From positions 32,001 through 96,000 of the forward strand of contig CAXXQS010000003.1 in NCBI GenBank assembly GCA_963674735.2: 64,000 nucleotides of DNA. Direction: 5' to 3'. Positions 38,590 to 48,788 of the stretch are shown piece after piece. Both the position numbers and the translations under genes were made by a program. Position 1 is the first letter of the stretch; each line of letters starts with the position of its first letter. The notes beneath the pieces are model-generated. The model did no database searches. It saw only the letters and a program-made list of their open reading frames with translations, and was not told the origin of the DNA. Source of the stretch: Myxococcota bacterium. Lineage in GTDB: Bacteria > Myxococcota_A > SURF-8.

Positions 38590-39082
38590 GTCGGTTCTGC
38601 TTTTCCACATCCATGGGCTGGACGCGTTTCCAACCGTTCAAACGATCTTGCCAGCGAAGCCCCTGGGGACTGAACTGAAGTTCGCGACCACTTGGGGTTT
38701 CATGGATCGTCAGCTGCAGGTAGTCGCGTGGGTGGGCTTCCGTGAACAGGTCGAACCATTCCACCACGCACACACCTTCCTCCCCGCGAGCCGCGTCTTC
38801 ATAGCCCGTTTCCTCTAATTCGTCCGCACTCGACAGACGATAGAAATCGAAGTGGGTCAAGTGGGGGGTGGTGGGGTAATCGTTGACAATGGTGAAAGTG
38901 GGAGAGTTGACGTATACGCCTGCCGGCAAGCCCAGCCCATCGGCCAAGCCCTGGATGAAGGTCGTTTTCCCGGCACCCAAATCGCCAACCAGGCCGATGA
39001 CGTCGCCCGGAACAAGAAAGGCCGCCAGTTCGTATCCCAAACGTCGGGTAGTAGTGGCACTCGCGCTCTTACACGACCACAT
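38582..39082 (-). CDS. tsaE: tRNA threonylcarbamoyladenosine biosynthesis ATPase TsaE
   Basis: GDLGAGKTT, NSPTFTIVN.Y, HFDFYRL, VVEW. Confidence 0.96.
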   Translation of the reverse strand: MWSCKSASATTTRRLGYELAAFLVPGDVIGLVGDLGAGKTTFIQGLADGLGLPAGVYVNSPTFTIVNDYPTTPHLTHFDFYRLSSADELEETGYEDAARGEEGVCVVEWFDLFTEAHPRDYLQLTIHETPSGRELQFSPQGLRWQDRLNGWKRVQPMDVEKQNRHA

Positions 39083-40643
39083 CTAGATTTTGCTCCCATG
39101 CTTGCCATACATTCCCGATGGCAACGGCCGCATCTCCGGCGGTTAGTCCATGCTGGCCATATTGCGTGGCGGCCAGGTCACCCGCCAGTCCATGTGAGGA
39201 AACCCCACACAAGAGTGCTTCCGTTGTATTCAACCGCATCGCAAGAAGTCCGCCGAGCAGGCCGGTGAGGACATCTCCCATGCCGCCTGTCGCCATGCCC
39301 GGATTGCCGAAGGGGCAAACGTACAAGAAACCGGCCGGGCTTTTAATGAGACTACGAGCCCCTTTCAAGACCACATGGGCGTCGGTTTCTTTGGCTAGCT
39401 TTCGTGCTGCCGCCGGACGATTGGCCTGTACGTCGGCCGTTTCACAATTCAACAGCCGAGCCGCTTCACCCGGATGAGGGGTGAGGATCGTCACCCCCCC
39501 CGCTTTGGCTCGGGTTTTCAATGCTTTCAGTCCCAGTTGCGCGACCAGCGTCAAAGCGTCGGCGTCGAGCAGCATGGGCAGGTCGGGACGCGCGTCGAGC
39601 AGGTGTTGCAGGATTTCGGTCTGTTCGTCACCCAATCCCCAGCCGGGTCCGATGGCCAAGGCGGTTTTTCCCTTTGTTATTTCCAGGAGTTGTTCCGTCT
39701 TGCCGTTCATGGTTTCTGCATCGAGTACGGCGCTCATAGCTTCTGGATGTTGGGACAACATCGCTAATCGTGTCGCCGGGTCTGTAACGCAGGTAATCAG
39801 TCCGACCCCTGAGCGCAACGCCCCATGAGCGGCCAATACGGCCGCCCCACCTTTGCCGGGTGCACCTGCGACGAGCAACAGGTGGCCATAGGTTCCTTTG
39901 TGCGTGTCGTTGACGCGTGGAGAGAGGCTCTGGCGTGCGCGTGACTGCGTCAGCCATTCCCCCGCCGCACCGACGCGTTCGACGGTTTCGGCCCGGATAC
40001 CGATATCTATCCGATGTAGTTCGCCGCACAGTTCCGTTCCCGGATGGATCACCTGGCCGATTTTGCGCAAACCATAGGTGTAGGTGTGATGAGCGCGGAA
40101 GGCCGTACCCAAAATTTGTCCGGTATCGGATGAAAGACCCGAGGGAATATCGAGGGCGATCCGTAGCGCTTGAGCTGTATTGCAGGCCCGGATGAGTTCG
40201 GCGTAGAGGCCGGTTACGTCGCGTTGCAGGCCCGTGCCGAGTAAACCGTCCACCAACGTGTCGGCTCCGGCAATGACGGCAAGGGCGGGGCTCGTCTCCT
40301 GCTGATCCGCCCGGGTGATATCGATTCCGTTGGGCAAACGGTCAAAGTTCGTCTTTGCGTCGCCCCTTAGTTTGTCGGGGGAAATCGTCAAAACGACACC
40401 CACCGATAATCCCGCACGTCGCAGATGCCGGGCGACGACAAACCCGTCGCCGCCATTGTTGCCCGGACCGCACAAAATCGCGACTCGATTGAGGGGCTGG
40501 GGCAGCTTTTGCATGGCGCAAGCGGTCCCGGTTCCGGCAGCTTCCATCAGGTGCAAACCCGGAACGCCATCTTCCTCGATCGTGATCCGATCCATCTCGC
40601 GCATCTGGACGGCTTCGACCAGTAATCGCGAGTTGCCAGCCAT
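39069..40643 (-). CDS. nnr: bifunctional NAD(P)H-hydrate epimerase/dehydratase
   Basis: LMEAAG, CGPGNNGGDG, DIPSG, HKGTYG, AIGPG, DADAL, TPHPGEAARLL, LKG, MATGGMGDVLTG; ATG overlaps the pdxJ stop. Confidence 0.96.
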   Translation of the reverse strand: MAGNSRLLVEAVQMREMDRITIEEDGVPGLHLMEAAGTGTACAMQKLPQPLNRVAILCGPGNNGGDGFVVARHLRRAGLSVGVVLTISPDKLRGDAKTNFDRLPNGIDITRADQQETSPALAVIAGADTLVDGLLGTGLQRDVTGLYAELIRACNTAQALRIALDIPSGLSSDTGQILGTAFRAHHTYTYGLRKIGQVIHPGTELCGELHRIDIGIRAETVERVGAAGEWLTQSRARQSLSPRVNDTHKGTYGHLLLVAGAPGKGGAAVLAAHGALRSGVGLITCVTDPATRLAMLSQHPEAMSAVLDAETMNGKTEQLLEITKGKTALAIGPGWGLGDEQTEILQHLLDARPDLPMLLDADALTLVAQLGLKALKTRAKAGGVTILTPHPGEAARLLNCETADVQANRPAAARKLAKETDAHVVLKGARSLIKSPAGFLYVCPFGNPGMATGGMGDVLTGLLGGLLAMRLNTTEALLCGVSSHGLAGDLAATQYGQHGLTAGDAAVAIGNVWQAWEQNLDVVV

Positions 40644-41359
40644 CAGGCCTCCTTTCCCATCGCCGCGATCAAATCGCGCACCGCTTTGGCCATGCCCACC
40701 ATCACCGCACGTGCAACCACGGCGTGGCCAACGTGGATGGAAGAGATGTTCAACTGGGCAATCTGAGAGACGTTTCTGTAGCCGAGACCGCCGCCGGCAT
40801 GAATATCCATGTTGAGTTTGCGTCCCAAGCGTACGCAATCCTGCAAGGTCTGGAACAAATCATGTTTTTCTTTGGTGGTTTTGGCGAGAGCGAAAGAACT
40901 GGTGTCCAGCATCAGGATGTCGGGACCGATACGACCGGCCCAGCGGACGGAATCGATAGACGGTTTGACGAGAAGCGAGGAGAGGATGTCGCCGTCTTTG
41001 AGGGGTTCGATGAAGGTGCTGATGGGGTCGCGATCACCCATGTCCAGCGGCCAGCGGTCAGCCCGTACATCCATCGGTTCCTTGATCAGTGTGATGCTGT
41101 CGGGACGCAGATCGAGGGCATGTTGCCGATTTTTCATGGATGGGGTCAGTTCGAGATTCAACGGGACCGAGAGGGTTTCTTTGAGAACCTGAATGTCTCG
41201 CAGGTGTACCGTGGAGCGGTCGGAGTGCAGATGGATAGTGATGCCACCCACCCCTTCCAATTCAGCCAGGCTGGCGGCCACGGCCGGTTCGGGTTCGCGC
41301 CCGCCTCCGGCCGATCGCAAACCGGCGATATGATCGAGTTTCAAGTAGAGTTGCGTCAT
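40643..41359 (-). CDS. pdxJ: pyridoxine 5'-phosphate synthase PdxJ homolog, divergent at the active site
   Basis: LDHIAGLR, EPAVAA, GITIHL, LNLE, HAGGGL.Y.NV, VGHAVVARAVMVGM..AVR. Confidence 0.8.
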   Translation of the reverse strand: MTQLYLKLDHIAGLRSAGGGREPEPAVAASLAELEGVGGITIHLHSDRSTVHLRDIQVLKETLSVPLNLELTPSMKNRQHALDLRPDSITLIKEPMDVRADRWPLDMGDRDPISTFIEPLKDGDILSSLLVKPSIDSVRWAGRIGPDILMLDTSSFALAKTTKEKHDLFQTLQDCVRLGRKLNMDIHAGGGLGYRNVSQIAQLNISSIHVGHAVVARAVMVGMAKAVRDLIAAMGKEA

Positions 41360-41431
41360 GGCATTCCTTTTCTAATCCACGAATTATTCGCCAGCAAGCG
41401 AATATCATATTTTCCCGAATCTATTCAAGTA

Positions 41432-42610
41432 TCAGCAGCGGATGACGCCGTTTTTTTGCAGCTCGGCAATCTCTTGTTCGTTCAAACCAAGTTCTCTGAG
41501 TATTTCCTGGCTATGTTCACCTAAAGAGGCTGCGGGTTTGAGATCGGGGGCGCGATCCGGTGCAAAGGGCGCAGTCGGGACCATCGGGATTCGCAACCCC
41601 TCTCCAATCTCGAGTGGGAAAAACAGTTTGCGGGCGATGAACATTTCCCGGCTGGGTGCTTCGGCGGGGCTAATCACCGGTTCACAGCAGGCATCGACAT
41701 CTTTCAGCAAGTCTATCCATTCCGCCTGAGTACGCGATTTAAACAGTTCACACATGGCAAGATAGGGTTCGCTGTTCTCCGAAACCTCGGTGAAATGGTA
41801 TTCCATCATTTCCGGCCGGTTCACGGCTTCGCAGAACGCCTGGAAAAATTTGGGCTCCAGAGCGGCAAAGCTCATGCTGCGGCCGTCTGCCGTTTCGTAG
41901 ATATGATAGCAGAGATAGCGTCCCGATAACACCGTTTCACCACGGGTCGGATGTCCGTCGGCGGCGAGCTCGGCCCAAATAAAAGGCTGTAATGACAGTA
42001 GATTATCACACATCGAAATGTCGAGTTGTGCTCCTTCGCCGGTGCGCACACGCTGAAATACGGCTGCGAGTATGGCATTAACCGCCATCAGTGAGCCCGC
42101 CAGATCGGCCATTTGAGCGCCCGGCATGCCCGGCTGTTCATGTCTTCGGCCGGTCATTTCCACGATTCCGGCCAGCGCCTGGTAGTTGAGATCGTGTCCG
42201 GCACGCAGTCGATAGGGTCCGCTTTGACCGTAGCCGCTGATCGAGCACAGAATCACTCCCGGGTTGGCGGCTTTCAGGGTTTCATAATCCAGTCCCAGTT
42301 TGTCGAGTGTTCCCGGGCGGAAACCTTCCAGCACGATATCGTAGCATTTGACGAGGTCCAGTAGGATTTGTCTTCCGCGTTCGTCTTTGAGGTTGATCGA
42401 CAAATTGCGTTTACCCCGGTTGAGCATGGTGTACACCACCCCCATTTCATTCACCACCGGGGGCAGCGTGCGCATGCTATCGCCGATTCCCGTATCTTCA
42501 ACCTTAACGACCTCGGCACCCATCTCCGCCAGCATCAGCGAGGCGTAGGGACCAGGTAAAAGTCGTGAGAGATCGAGGACGCGTAAGCCTTTGAGGTATC
42601 CGCGTTGCAT
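41432..42610 (-). CDS. CaiB/BaiF family III CoA-transferase (alpha-methylacyl-CoA racemase-like)
   Basis: VLDLSRLLPGP, NRGKR, EGFRPG, SISGYGQSGPY, GHDLNY, ALEPKF, LGEHS. Confidence 0.93.
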   Translation of the reverse strand: MQRGYLKGLRVLDLSRLLPGPYASLMLAEMGAEVVKVEDTGIGDSMRTLPPVVNEMGVVYTMLNRGKRNLSINLKDERGRQILLDLVKCYDIVLEGFRPGTLDKLGLDYETLKAANPGVILCSISGYGQSGPYRLRAGHDLNYQALAGIVEMTGRRHEQPGMPGAQMADLAGSLMAVNAILAAVFQRVRTGEGAQLDISMCDNLLSLQPFIWAELAADGHPTRGETVLSGRYLCYHIYETADGRSMSFAALEPKFFQAFCEAVNRPEMMEYHFTEVSENSEPYLAMCELFKSRTQAEWIDLLKDVDACCEPVISPAEAPSREMFIARKLFFPLEIGEGLRIPMVPTAPFAPDRAPDLKPAASLGEHSQEILRELGLNEQEIAELQKNGVIRC

Positions 42611-42644
42611 GGAATTTCCTTTCGTTCCAAATAAGACCGATCCG

Positions 42645-44522
42645 CTAATTGTGCGCTTCGGCTGTTTCGGTTTGTCGTGGCGACCAGGCAGAGTTGGTCT
42701 TAACCGCCGCTTGAATCAGTCGTTGCATGGCCGTCAATTTGGTATCGCGGGGTGGACGATACGACGTGACCCCTTGATAGCCATTCAGCAGATCTCCCCC
42801 TTTATATTCGAACGTTCGGGTTTTCCCGAATAATTGATTGGGGGTTCGCAACCACATATCTTGCAACGATGACCAGACCGCTTCGCCTCCATTGGGTCCG
42901 AACAGGTCGTGACCCAGGAAACTATTCGGGGTTTTCAACTTGAGCAGGTTCAGCAGAGTCGGGGCGATGTCGATCTGAGATACGATTTTATCGTAGCGCC
43001 CGGCCGGAATCAAGCCCGGTGCGTAAATTACCAAAGGAACACGGTTGTGTTGGTCGTGAAAATCGCCCAGCGTGGCCGGTTTTTTGTCGAAAAGATCGTG
43101 TCCGTGATCGCCGGTTATCACGAAAATGGTATTCGAAAACCAGGCTTCTCCACGGATGGCCTCGAAGAATTCACCCAGTGCTTTATCCGAATATGTTACC
43201 GCTTGTCGGTAGCGTCCGATAGCCGTTTCGGCGCGCTTAGCTTCTTCGGGTGGCACATTAAACGGGAAATGGCTGCTGAGCGTCATAATGTGTGCGAAAA
43301 ACGGTTCCGGCTTGCGATTCAGGATCTCGTGCACTTTCGCATAGAGGACAAAATCGTTGGCTCCGTAGATGGAGATATCGTCGGGAGGACCGAAGGTTTC
43401 GAGATCGTAAAAATGCCGGATACCGTGGACACTCTGAAAATCGAAGGTGCCTTGGAAGGTCTTTTTCGTTCCGCACATCCAATTGGTGTTGTAACCCGCG
43501 TCCGCCAAAATGGAAGGTAAGCAGCGTAAAGGTAAGTCGGCATGTTCCATGTAAATGGACGGTCCGGGGGGTTCGATAAACGAGCATAAGCTTGAAAATT
43601 CACCGAAAACGGTTTGGGAACCCGAGGCGTAGGTGTTTGTGAACAAGGCTCCGTTTTGGGCGAGTCGGGCCAGATTGGGAGCATAGCTCTTATTGCCGAG
43701 TAGCCCGCTTTCAAGCATTCGGAATGATTCGAGAAAGAGCGTAACCACGTTGTATCTCAGCGGTTTGTCGGGGGTGTTGACCGCTTCCGGAATCATGCGA
43801 AAGATGGAGCCCGGCTGCGGGTCGCGTTGCCATCCTTTGTCGACGGGACCGAACAGTCGTGTGAGGTGATCGTTACAGCGGTCGGAGTGGAACGATTGGG
43901 GATCGTTACCGAGTCCGCAGTCGATCAGGGCTTGTTCGCCACTATCGCCGTGTCCGACATCTTCGATCAAACGGGCGTTGGCGGAAAGTCCCAAAGTCGG
44001 AAAAATAATCCAGAACAAGCCGAAAGTCATCCAGAGCGAAATCAACGGCGGACGGGGGAAAGCGATCCCCTCGCGCCTGATGATATAGCACAGCACGCCC
44101 AAAGCCAGTGGGACGCCAAAGGCCAATCCCAGAGCGGCCGGTTCAACCAAGGTGATAGCGGATCCGGCAAATTCGGTGGCGTCGGACGCATAGGCCAGGA
44201 TCAGGCGGAGGTCGAGATGGTGGCCATAGAACGTGTAAAAGGCTTCGTCGGAGAAAAAGAGAATCGCTGATAGGAGTGTGAGCAGAATCAGCAGACCGTT
44301 TCCGAGCCGTTTCACCCCATATTCTAAAACCCACGCGCCGGTTATAGCCAAGGCTATCCACAATAACCAGTTTTGCAGGGCTCCGAGATGGGCGGCGGCT
44401 TCCGACCATTCGCTTCGAAAGGCACTCACAAACACGAGCAGTCCGATCTGGTGCAGAATGAACGCCGGGTAAAACCAAAGATCGGGCTTTGGACGAGGGG
44501 GGGTCAGGGCTGTGTTCGCCAT
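42645..44522 (-). CDS. LTA synthase / OpgB-like phosphoglycerol transferase family protein
   Basis: About 5 N-terminal TM helices, NVV..FLESF, Thr nucleophile in SQTVFGE, TLSSHFPF, YSD..LG.F, GDHG. Confidence 0.85.
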   Translation of the reverse strand: MANTALTPPRPKPDLWFYPAFILHQIGLLVFVSAFRSEWSEAAAHLGALQNWLLWIALAITGAWVLEYGVKRLGNGLLILLTLLSAILFFSDEAFYTFYGHHLDLRLILAYASDATEFAGSAITLVEPAALGLAFGVPLALGVLCYIIRREGIAFPRPPLISLWMTFGLFWIIFPTLGLSANARLIEDVGHGDSGEQALIDCGLGNDPQSFHSDRCNDHLTRLFGPVDKGWQRDPQPGSIFRMIPEAVNTPDKPLRYNVVTLFLESFRMLESGLLGNKSYAPNLARLAQNGALFTNTYASGSQTVFGEFSSLCSFIEPPGPSIYMEHADLPLRCLPSILADAGYNTNWMCGTKKTFQGTFDFQSVHGIRHFYDLETFGPPDDISIYGANDFVLYAKVHEILNRKPEPFFAHIMTLSSHFPFNVPPEEAKRAETAIGRYRQAVTYSDKALGEFFEAIRGEAWFSNTIFVITGDHGHDLFDKKPATLGDFHDQHNRVPLVIYAPGLIPAGRYDKIVSQIDIAPTLLNLLKLKTPNSFLGHDLFGPNGGEAVWSSLQDMWLRTPNQLFGKTRTFEYKGGDLLNGYQGVTSYRPPRDTKLTAMQRLIQAAVKTNSAWSPRQTETAEAHN

Positions 44523-45445
44523 GCCTGCTCCAATTCCATACCATAGGACGGATCGTCGAAAAGGACGGCCGATAGAATACCGGCTTTGACCATGCGCCGA
44601 AGCTGGTCGAGGTTTTGTTCGCGGGATTCCACCGTATAGGCAACTACCTGCAAAGTGGAACCTTTCAACAAATTGATGAGGGCTGTTGTTTTTTCGGGTG
44701 TCAGGCGACGAAAATCAACCATTGATACAGGCAGTTCGAGGTCGAGTGCCCGTTTAATCGCATAGAAATTGAAAGAATCGAACGTGGCTGGAATTCCACG
44801 TGAAATCAGTGCCTCAACGACCGGGATGCGGTAGCTGGTGTAAATGAGATTGGGAGGGCGGGGTAAATCTTTGATTGCATTCAAGATTAGATCGATTGGG
44901 ATGGCCGTTTTGATTTCGGCCATCACGAATCCATAGGCTGCACTCACCTCATTGATGAAGGCCTCGTCATACAGGGCGATTGGGTGCCCGCTTTTGAGGC
45001 GGCAACGGGTGTGCAACTCATGCCAATTGAGTGATAAGGGAGCCCAGTCGTCATCATCGTTGTGTTGGTTGCATGTGCTGACGCGGCTAAGATTCGTGTC
45101 GTGTAAGAGGACGAAACGGCCGTCTTTTGTTAAGGTCAGATCGAACTCGGCTCCCTTGGCGAAGCGAGCGGCGGCCAAAATCCCCTCTCGAGAGTTTTCT
45201 GTGTAGGGCTCGCCCGGCAATACTCCCCGGTGGCTGACCACCTGAAAGAGACGTTCTCCTTTTTCGATAGAGAAAACAAAAGGCTTGACGACAATGTCAG
45301 ACTCTTTGTTGAGGGGACGGTGTCGAAAACGGGGAAGGTCATTTGTGTTGCTACCCTTTTCACAGCTACTCAGCATAAGGATACAAAGCAGGATCACGGC
45401 GATCAGGTTTTGTGTCGATTCAGCTTGTTTTGCAGATCCTGTCAC
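44504..45445 (-). CDS. glycerophosphodiester phosphodiesterase lipoprotein
   Basis: Lipobox LSSC; SHRG...EN, EFDL.LTKDG..VLLHD..L.R, EIK, YTV. Confidence 0.85.
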   Translation of the reverse strand: MTGSAKQAESTQNLIAVILLCILMLSSCEKGSNTNDLPRFRHRPLNKESDIVVKPFVFSIEKGERLFQVVSHRGVLPGEPYTENSREGILAAARFAKGAEFDLTLTKDGRFVLLHDTNLSRVSTCNQHNDDDDWAPLSLNWHELHTRCRLKSGHPIALYDEAFINEVSAAYGFVMAEIKTAIPIDLILNAIKDLPRPPNLIYTSYRIPVVEALISRGIPATFDSFNFYAIKRALDLELPVSMVDFRRLTPEKTTALINLLKGSTLQVVAYTVESREQNLDQLRRMVKAGILSAVLFDDPSYGMELEQAWRTQP

Positions 45446-45496
45446 GCTTGTAGCCTCTCGGAAATCAACTTGGCGAGTATAGTCAAAAGCTCGGAT

Positions 45497-46960
45497 TTAT
45501 TCCAGTTTTTCTTGTTGCTGTGGTGCCGGACATCCTAGGCGGCTGCGAGTTTGTCTAATAAGCTGTTTTACGGCTGCCGGTGGCAAGCGCATCCAGAACA
45601 AGGGGGGAGGCGTATCGAAAACCGCATTCTCGGGCCATTCCAATTGAATGGCGCCAGCCACCGGGCTTACCCAGCGGGCGGTGGCTTCGAAGGAACTGTC
45701 CGGCAGGTCGGGGATGGCAAGGGTGAAAACGGCACGACCACCCGGATTCAACTCGACAGCCGAGATACGGAATTCCGTTTCCACCTCGCCCAGTTGCAGG
45801 AATAATGTTTCATCAGATCTGAATTGCAATTCAGCCGGGATTTGGTTGCAGGGTAGCCGGGTCAAAACTGGGGCGACTTGCGTGATCGGTCCGCTATTGG
45901 GGTTGACATAGGGAACCGGATACCAGGATCCGGCGAGGTAATCATTGACCGCTTCCTTATCCATCAGCAATTGCTCGATCGGAGTGATGGAATTAAACTC
46001 CGCGGCCAGGAGGTACAAGCTGATTTCCTGGCTTTTCAGGAAACCGTATAGCTTTTTGAGGGTGTTTTTACGAAGTATTGAATTCTTTTTAGAGGTTACG
46101 TCCAGGTCTGTTTCTACTTGAGGACGATCGGTATAGAAAGGAATCAGCAGTCGCTTTTTCGGGTGGATCAGCCAGATATCGGCGAGTTTTTTATCCCCAG
46201 GCAGATTGTTGTACAGCATGCCCGCCGATTTGTTTTCGATGTATGCCCAGCCCGGATCCACTCCGACCATGATGTGTCTGGCGCTGATCCAGCCGCTATG
46301 CTGACCGGCGTCGACGAGGTATTGAGTTTCTTCGGCTTGTCCACGTCGGTCCAAAACGTCGAGGACCTGCCAGGGATGGACTTCATAGGAGGACAGGTCC
46401 GAATTGGAGGGATTTTTCGATATGAGTTGCGTTTTCTGCAGAACCACACCTAGATCGGGTGTCTTCTTCCAGATTTTCATACAGGCCGAATAAACACCGC
46501 GGGCTTGCTGAACGTCTTTGGCGGAAAGGTGCCCCATTCCGCGTTTGCGATCGAAGGCAAGGAGCCCGAAATTGGTGGCGCAGGAATCGATTTCCCCGAC
46601 GATTCCCTGTTTGATGCGAACGATCAATTTATCCCCACGCGTGCGAAGAATATTCAGCTTTTCGCCGAGCTTCAGTGTGAGCTTTTTTTTGTTTTCGACA
46701 TTTTCCGTTTCCAGTGTTGCTTTGGAGGTCCACACTCGCACCGTCATACCGTATGTGTCGGGGCGTGTGATCGGCAGGCCAAGACGTAAGGGTTCCTCCT
46801 TGACTTCCGGAGTATCGGACACTTCTGGGTTGGGGATGAGTAGCGTAGGCTTTTCCGGTTGTTTGTCCGATGAGCAGCGTGAACACGACACGATCCCGAT
46901 CGTCGTAAGAAGTACAAACACGGCGGCGAGGATCGGCATGTGGAAGTAAGAGCGAATCAT
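45497..46960 (-). CDS. hypothetical exported lipoprotein, possibly with SH3b-like segments
   Basis: Signal with IVSC; L.LGEKL.IL....D...VR....VGEI and DVLD.......YLVD.....GWI patterns; start uncertain (46960, 46939 or 47017). Confidence 0.6.
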   Translation of the reverse strand: MIRSYFHMPILAAVFVLLTTIGIVSCSRCSSDKQPEKPTLLIPNPEVSDTPEVKEEPLRLGLPITRPDTYGMTVRVWTSKATLETENVENKKKLTLKLGEKLNILRTRGDKLIVRIKQGIVGEIDSCATNFGLLAFDRKRGMGHLSAKDVQQARGVYSACMKIWKKTPDLGVVLQKTQLISKNPSNSDLSSYEVHPWQVLDVLDRRGQAEETQYLVDAGQHSGWISARHIMVGVDPGWAYIENKSAGMLYNNLPGDKKLADIWLIHPKKRLLIPFYTDRPQVETDLDVTSKKNSILRKNTLKKLYGFLKSQEISLYLLAAEFNSITPIEQLLMDKEAVNDYLAGSWYPVPYVNPNSGPITQVAPVLTRLPCNQIPAELQFRSDETLFLQLGEVETEFRISAVELNPGGRAVFTLAIPDLPDSSFEATARWVSPVAGAIQLEWPENAVFDTPPPLFWMRLPPAAVKQLIRQTRSRLGCPAPQQQEKLE

Positions 46961-47088
46961 GAGTTTCTTTTCTCCTTCCCAAATGGGTATCCCCCATGAT
47001 AAAAAGCCTTTCGACACAAGTCAAACACCGCTTTTAAATCCGCATGCCGATTCGGGGGCGGAAACGTGACCAAGCAGGCCGTACAAGG

Positions 47089-48684
47089 ATGGATGTCATG
47101 ACAGCCGATGGGACCAGAAGTGGTCTTGTAAAGGCCGTTGCGGTTATGGGGGGACTGACCATCGTCAGCCGCGTATTGGGGCTGATACGGGAGATTGTGC
47201 GCGCGCATTTTCTTGGCACCAGTATCATGGCCGACGCCTTTACCGTCGCCTTTATGATTCCGAACTTGTTCCGCCGTCTGGTGGGCGAAGGGGCGATGAC
47301 GGTCGCGGCGGTGCCGGTGCTGGTTGAGGAACAACGGCGCGGTGGCGCTCAACGTCTGCGCGAAGTGGCGAATAGTTTCTTTACTCTGTTCACCTTTATC
47401 CTCACAACCTTTGCGGTTATTTTCATCGCTTTTGCCGGTATTTTAGTCGAAGAGGTCTTTGCTCGTGGTTTTGCTGACAACCCGGAAAAGTTGGCACTGA
47501 CTGTCGAGTTGACCCGCTACATGTTCTTTTATATCGCCTTTATCGGGCTGGCGGCCGTTTGTCAGGCTATTTTAAACAGTGGGAAGGTGTTTGGGCCCTC
47601 CGCATTCACTCCCATTCTATTGAACCTGAGTGTTATTCTAAGCGCCCTGTTTTTATCGCGCTATTTCGATCTTCCGGTTTACGCATTTGCCGTGGGTGTT
47701 TTACTGGGCGGCTTTTTGCAACTGATTTTTCAAATCCCCTATTTGCGCAAAGTCGGCGTTTCCCTGACCCCGGCCTTCAATTGGCGTGATCCAGCCGTGC
47801 AGCGCATTCTGAAACTGATGCTTCCCGGTATTGTCGGGGCGGGTGTTTATCAGATCAACGTGTTGATTTCACAAATGATCGCAACCTATCTTGCAGACGG
47901 CGCGGTGTCGTCTCTGCAATACTCGGCCCGGTTGACCGAATTCACCTTGGGTGTATTTATCGTATCGGTTAGTACCGCAATTTTACCCACGTTATCAGCT
48001 TTTTTCAGTGATAACAAGATGGATGAGTTTCGCTCGACTTTACGGTTTGCACTTCGACTGGTGGCTTTTGTTACGATCCCCGCCATGGTCGGGATGATCG
48101 TCATTCGTTATCCGCTCATCAATCTGCTTTTTCGTAGCGGCCGTTTCGACCAGGTTTCCACGGATTTGACCGCCTACGCGTTCTTTTTTCACATTCTGGG
48201 ACTGTATTTCATCGGGGCTGAACGGATGCTGGCTCCGGTGTTCTTTTCCATGAAAGATACGGTGACTCCGGTCAAGGCGGCTGCCGTTTCCACCGTTGCG
48301 AACATCGTCGCCTGTTTGGTTTTGGCCGGACCGCTTTCCCAAGGTGGCATTGCGTTGGCTAACAGCATTTCGGCTTTGGTGCAGGCTGCTGTGCTGGCCT
48401 ATTACCTGCGGTCGCGAATCGGACCATTGGGGTGGAGTAAGTTGTTTCGATCGTTGTTGCGTGTTGTCCTTGCGGCGCTCCTTATGGGGGTGGGCTGTTG
48501 GTGGCTGACCGACAAACTCAACCTTGTTGAAACCACCTCGCGTGTGGTTTTATTGCCGGGCTTGTTACTGGTTATCGGGGTTTCCACTGTGTTGTTTGCC
48601 TTGTTTGCCTGGCTTTTACGTTGTGATGAATTTCAAGAGTTGTGGGGCCTTCTGCGCCGACGCTTCTCGGGACGGTCCGGGTAG
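47089..48684 (+). CDS. murJ: lipid II flippase MurJ
   Basis: SRVLGLIRE, DAF.VAF.IPNLFRRL.GEGA, P.LLN, QIN, Y..RL.E, LP.LS, KDT.TP; start could be 47044 or 47098. Confidence 0.96.
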   Translation: MDVMTADGTRSGLVKAVAVMGGLTIVSRVLGLIREIVRAHFLGTSIMADAFTVAFMIPNLFRRLVGEGAMTVAAVPVLVEEQRRGGAQRLREVANSFFTLFTFILTTFAVIFIAFAGILVEEVFARGFADNPEKLALTVELTRYMFFYIAFIGLAAVCQAILNSGKVFGPSAFTPILLNLSVILSALFLSRYFDLPVYAFAVGVLLGGFLQLIFQIPYLRKVGVSLTPAFNWRDPAVQRILKLMLPGIVGAGVYQINVLISQMIATYLADGAVSSLQYSARLTEFTLGVFIVSVSTAILPTLSAFFSDNKMDEFRSTLRFALRLVAFVTIPAMVGMIVIRYPLINLLFRSGRFDQVSTDLTAYAFFFHILGLYFIGAERMLAPVFFSMKDTVTPVKAAAVSTVANIVACLVLAGPLSQGGIALANSISALVQAAVLAYYLRSRIGPLGWSKLFRSLLRVVLAALLMGVGCWWLTDKLNLVETTSRVVLLPGLLLVIGVSTVLFALFAWLLRCDEFQELWGLLRRRFSGRSG

Positions 48685-48788
48685 GTCGGTTGGGAAGGTC
48701 TAAAAGCGGGAAAATGCTTTACATTTCAATGCTCATGGTGTATTGAAATGAGGCCATTAGACGTTAGCGATACCCTAGGGATGGAGGC

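Noticed and set aside
40644-40838. N-terminal extension of nnr in the ORF track (589 aa)
   Set aside because: It overlaps pdxJ. The real start is probably ATG 40643, coupled to the pdxJ stop.
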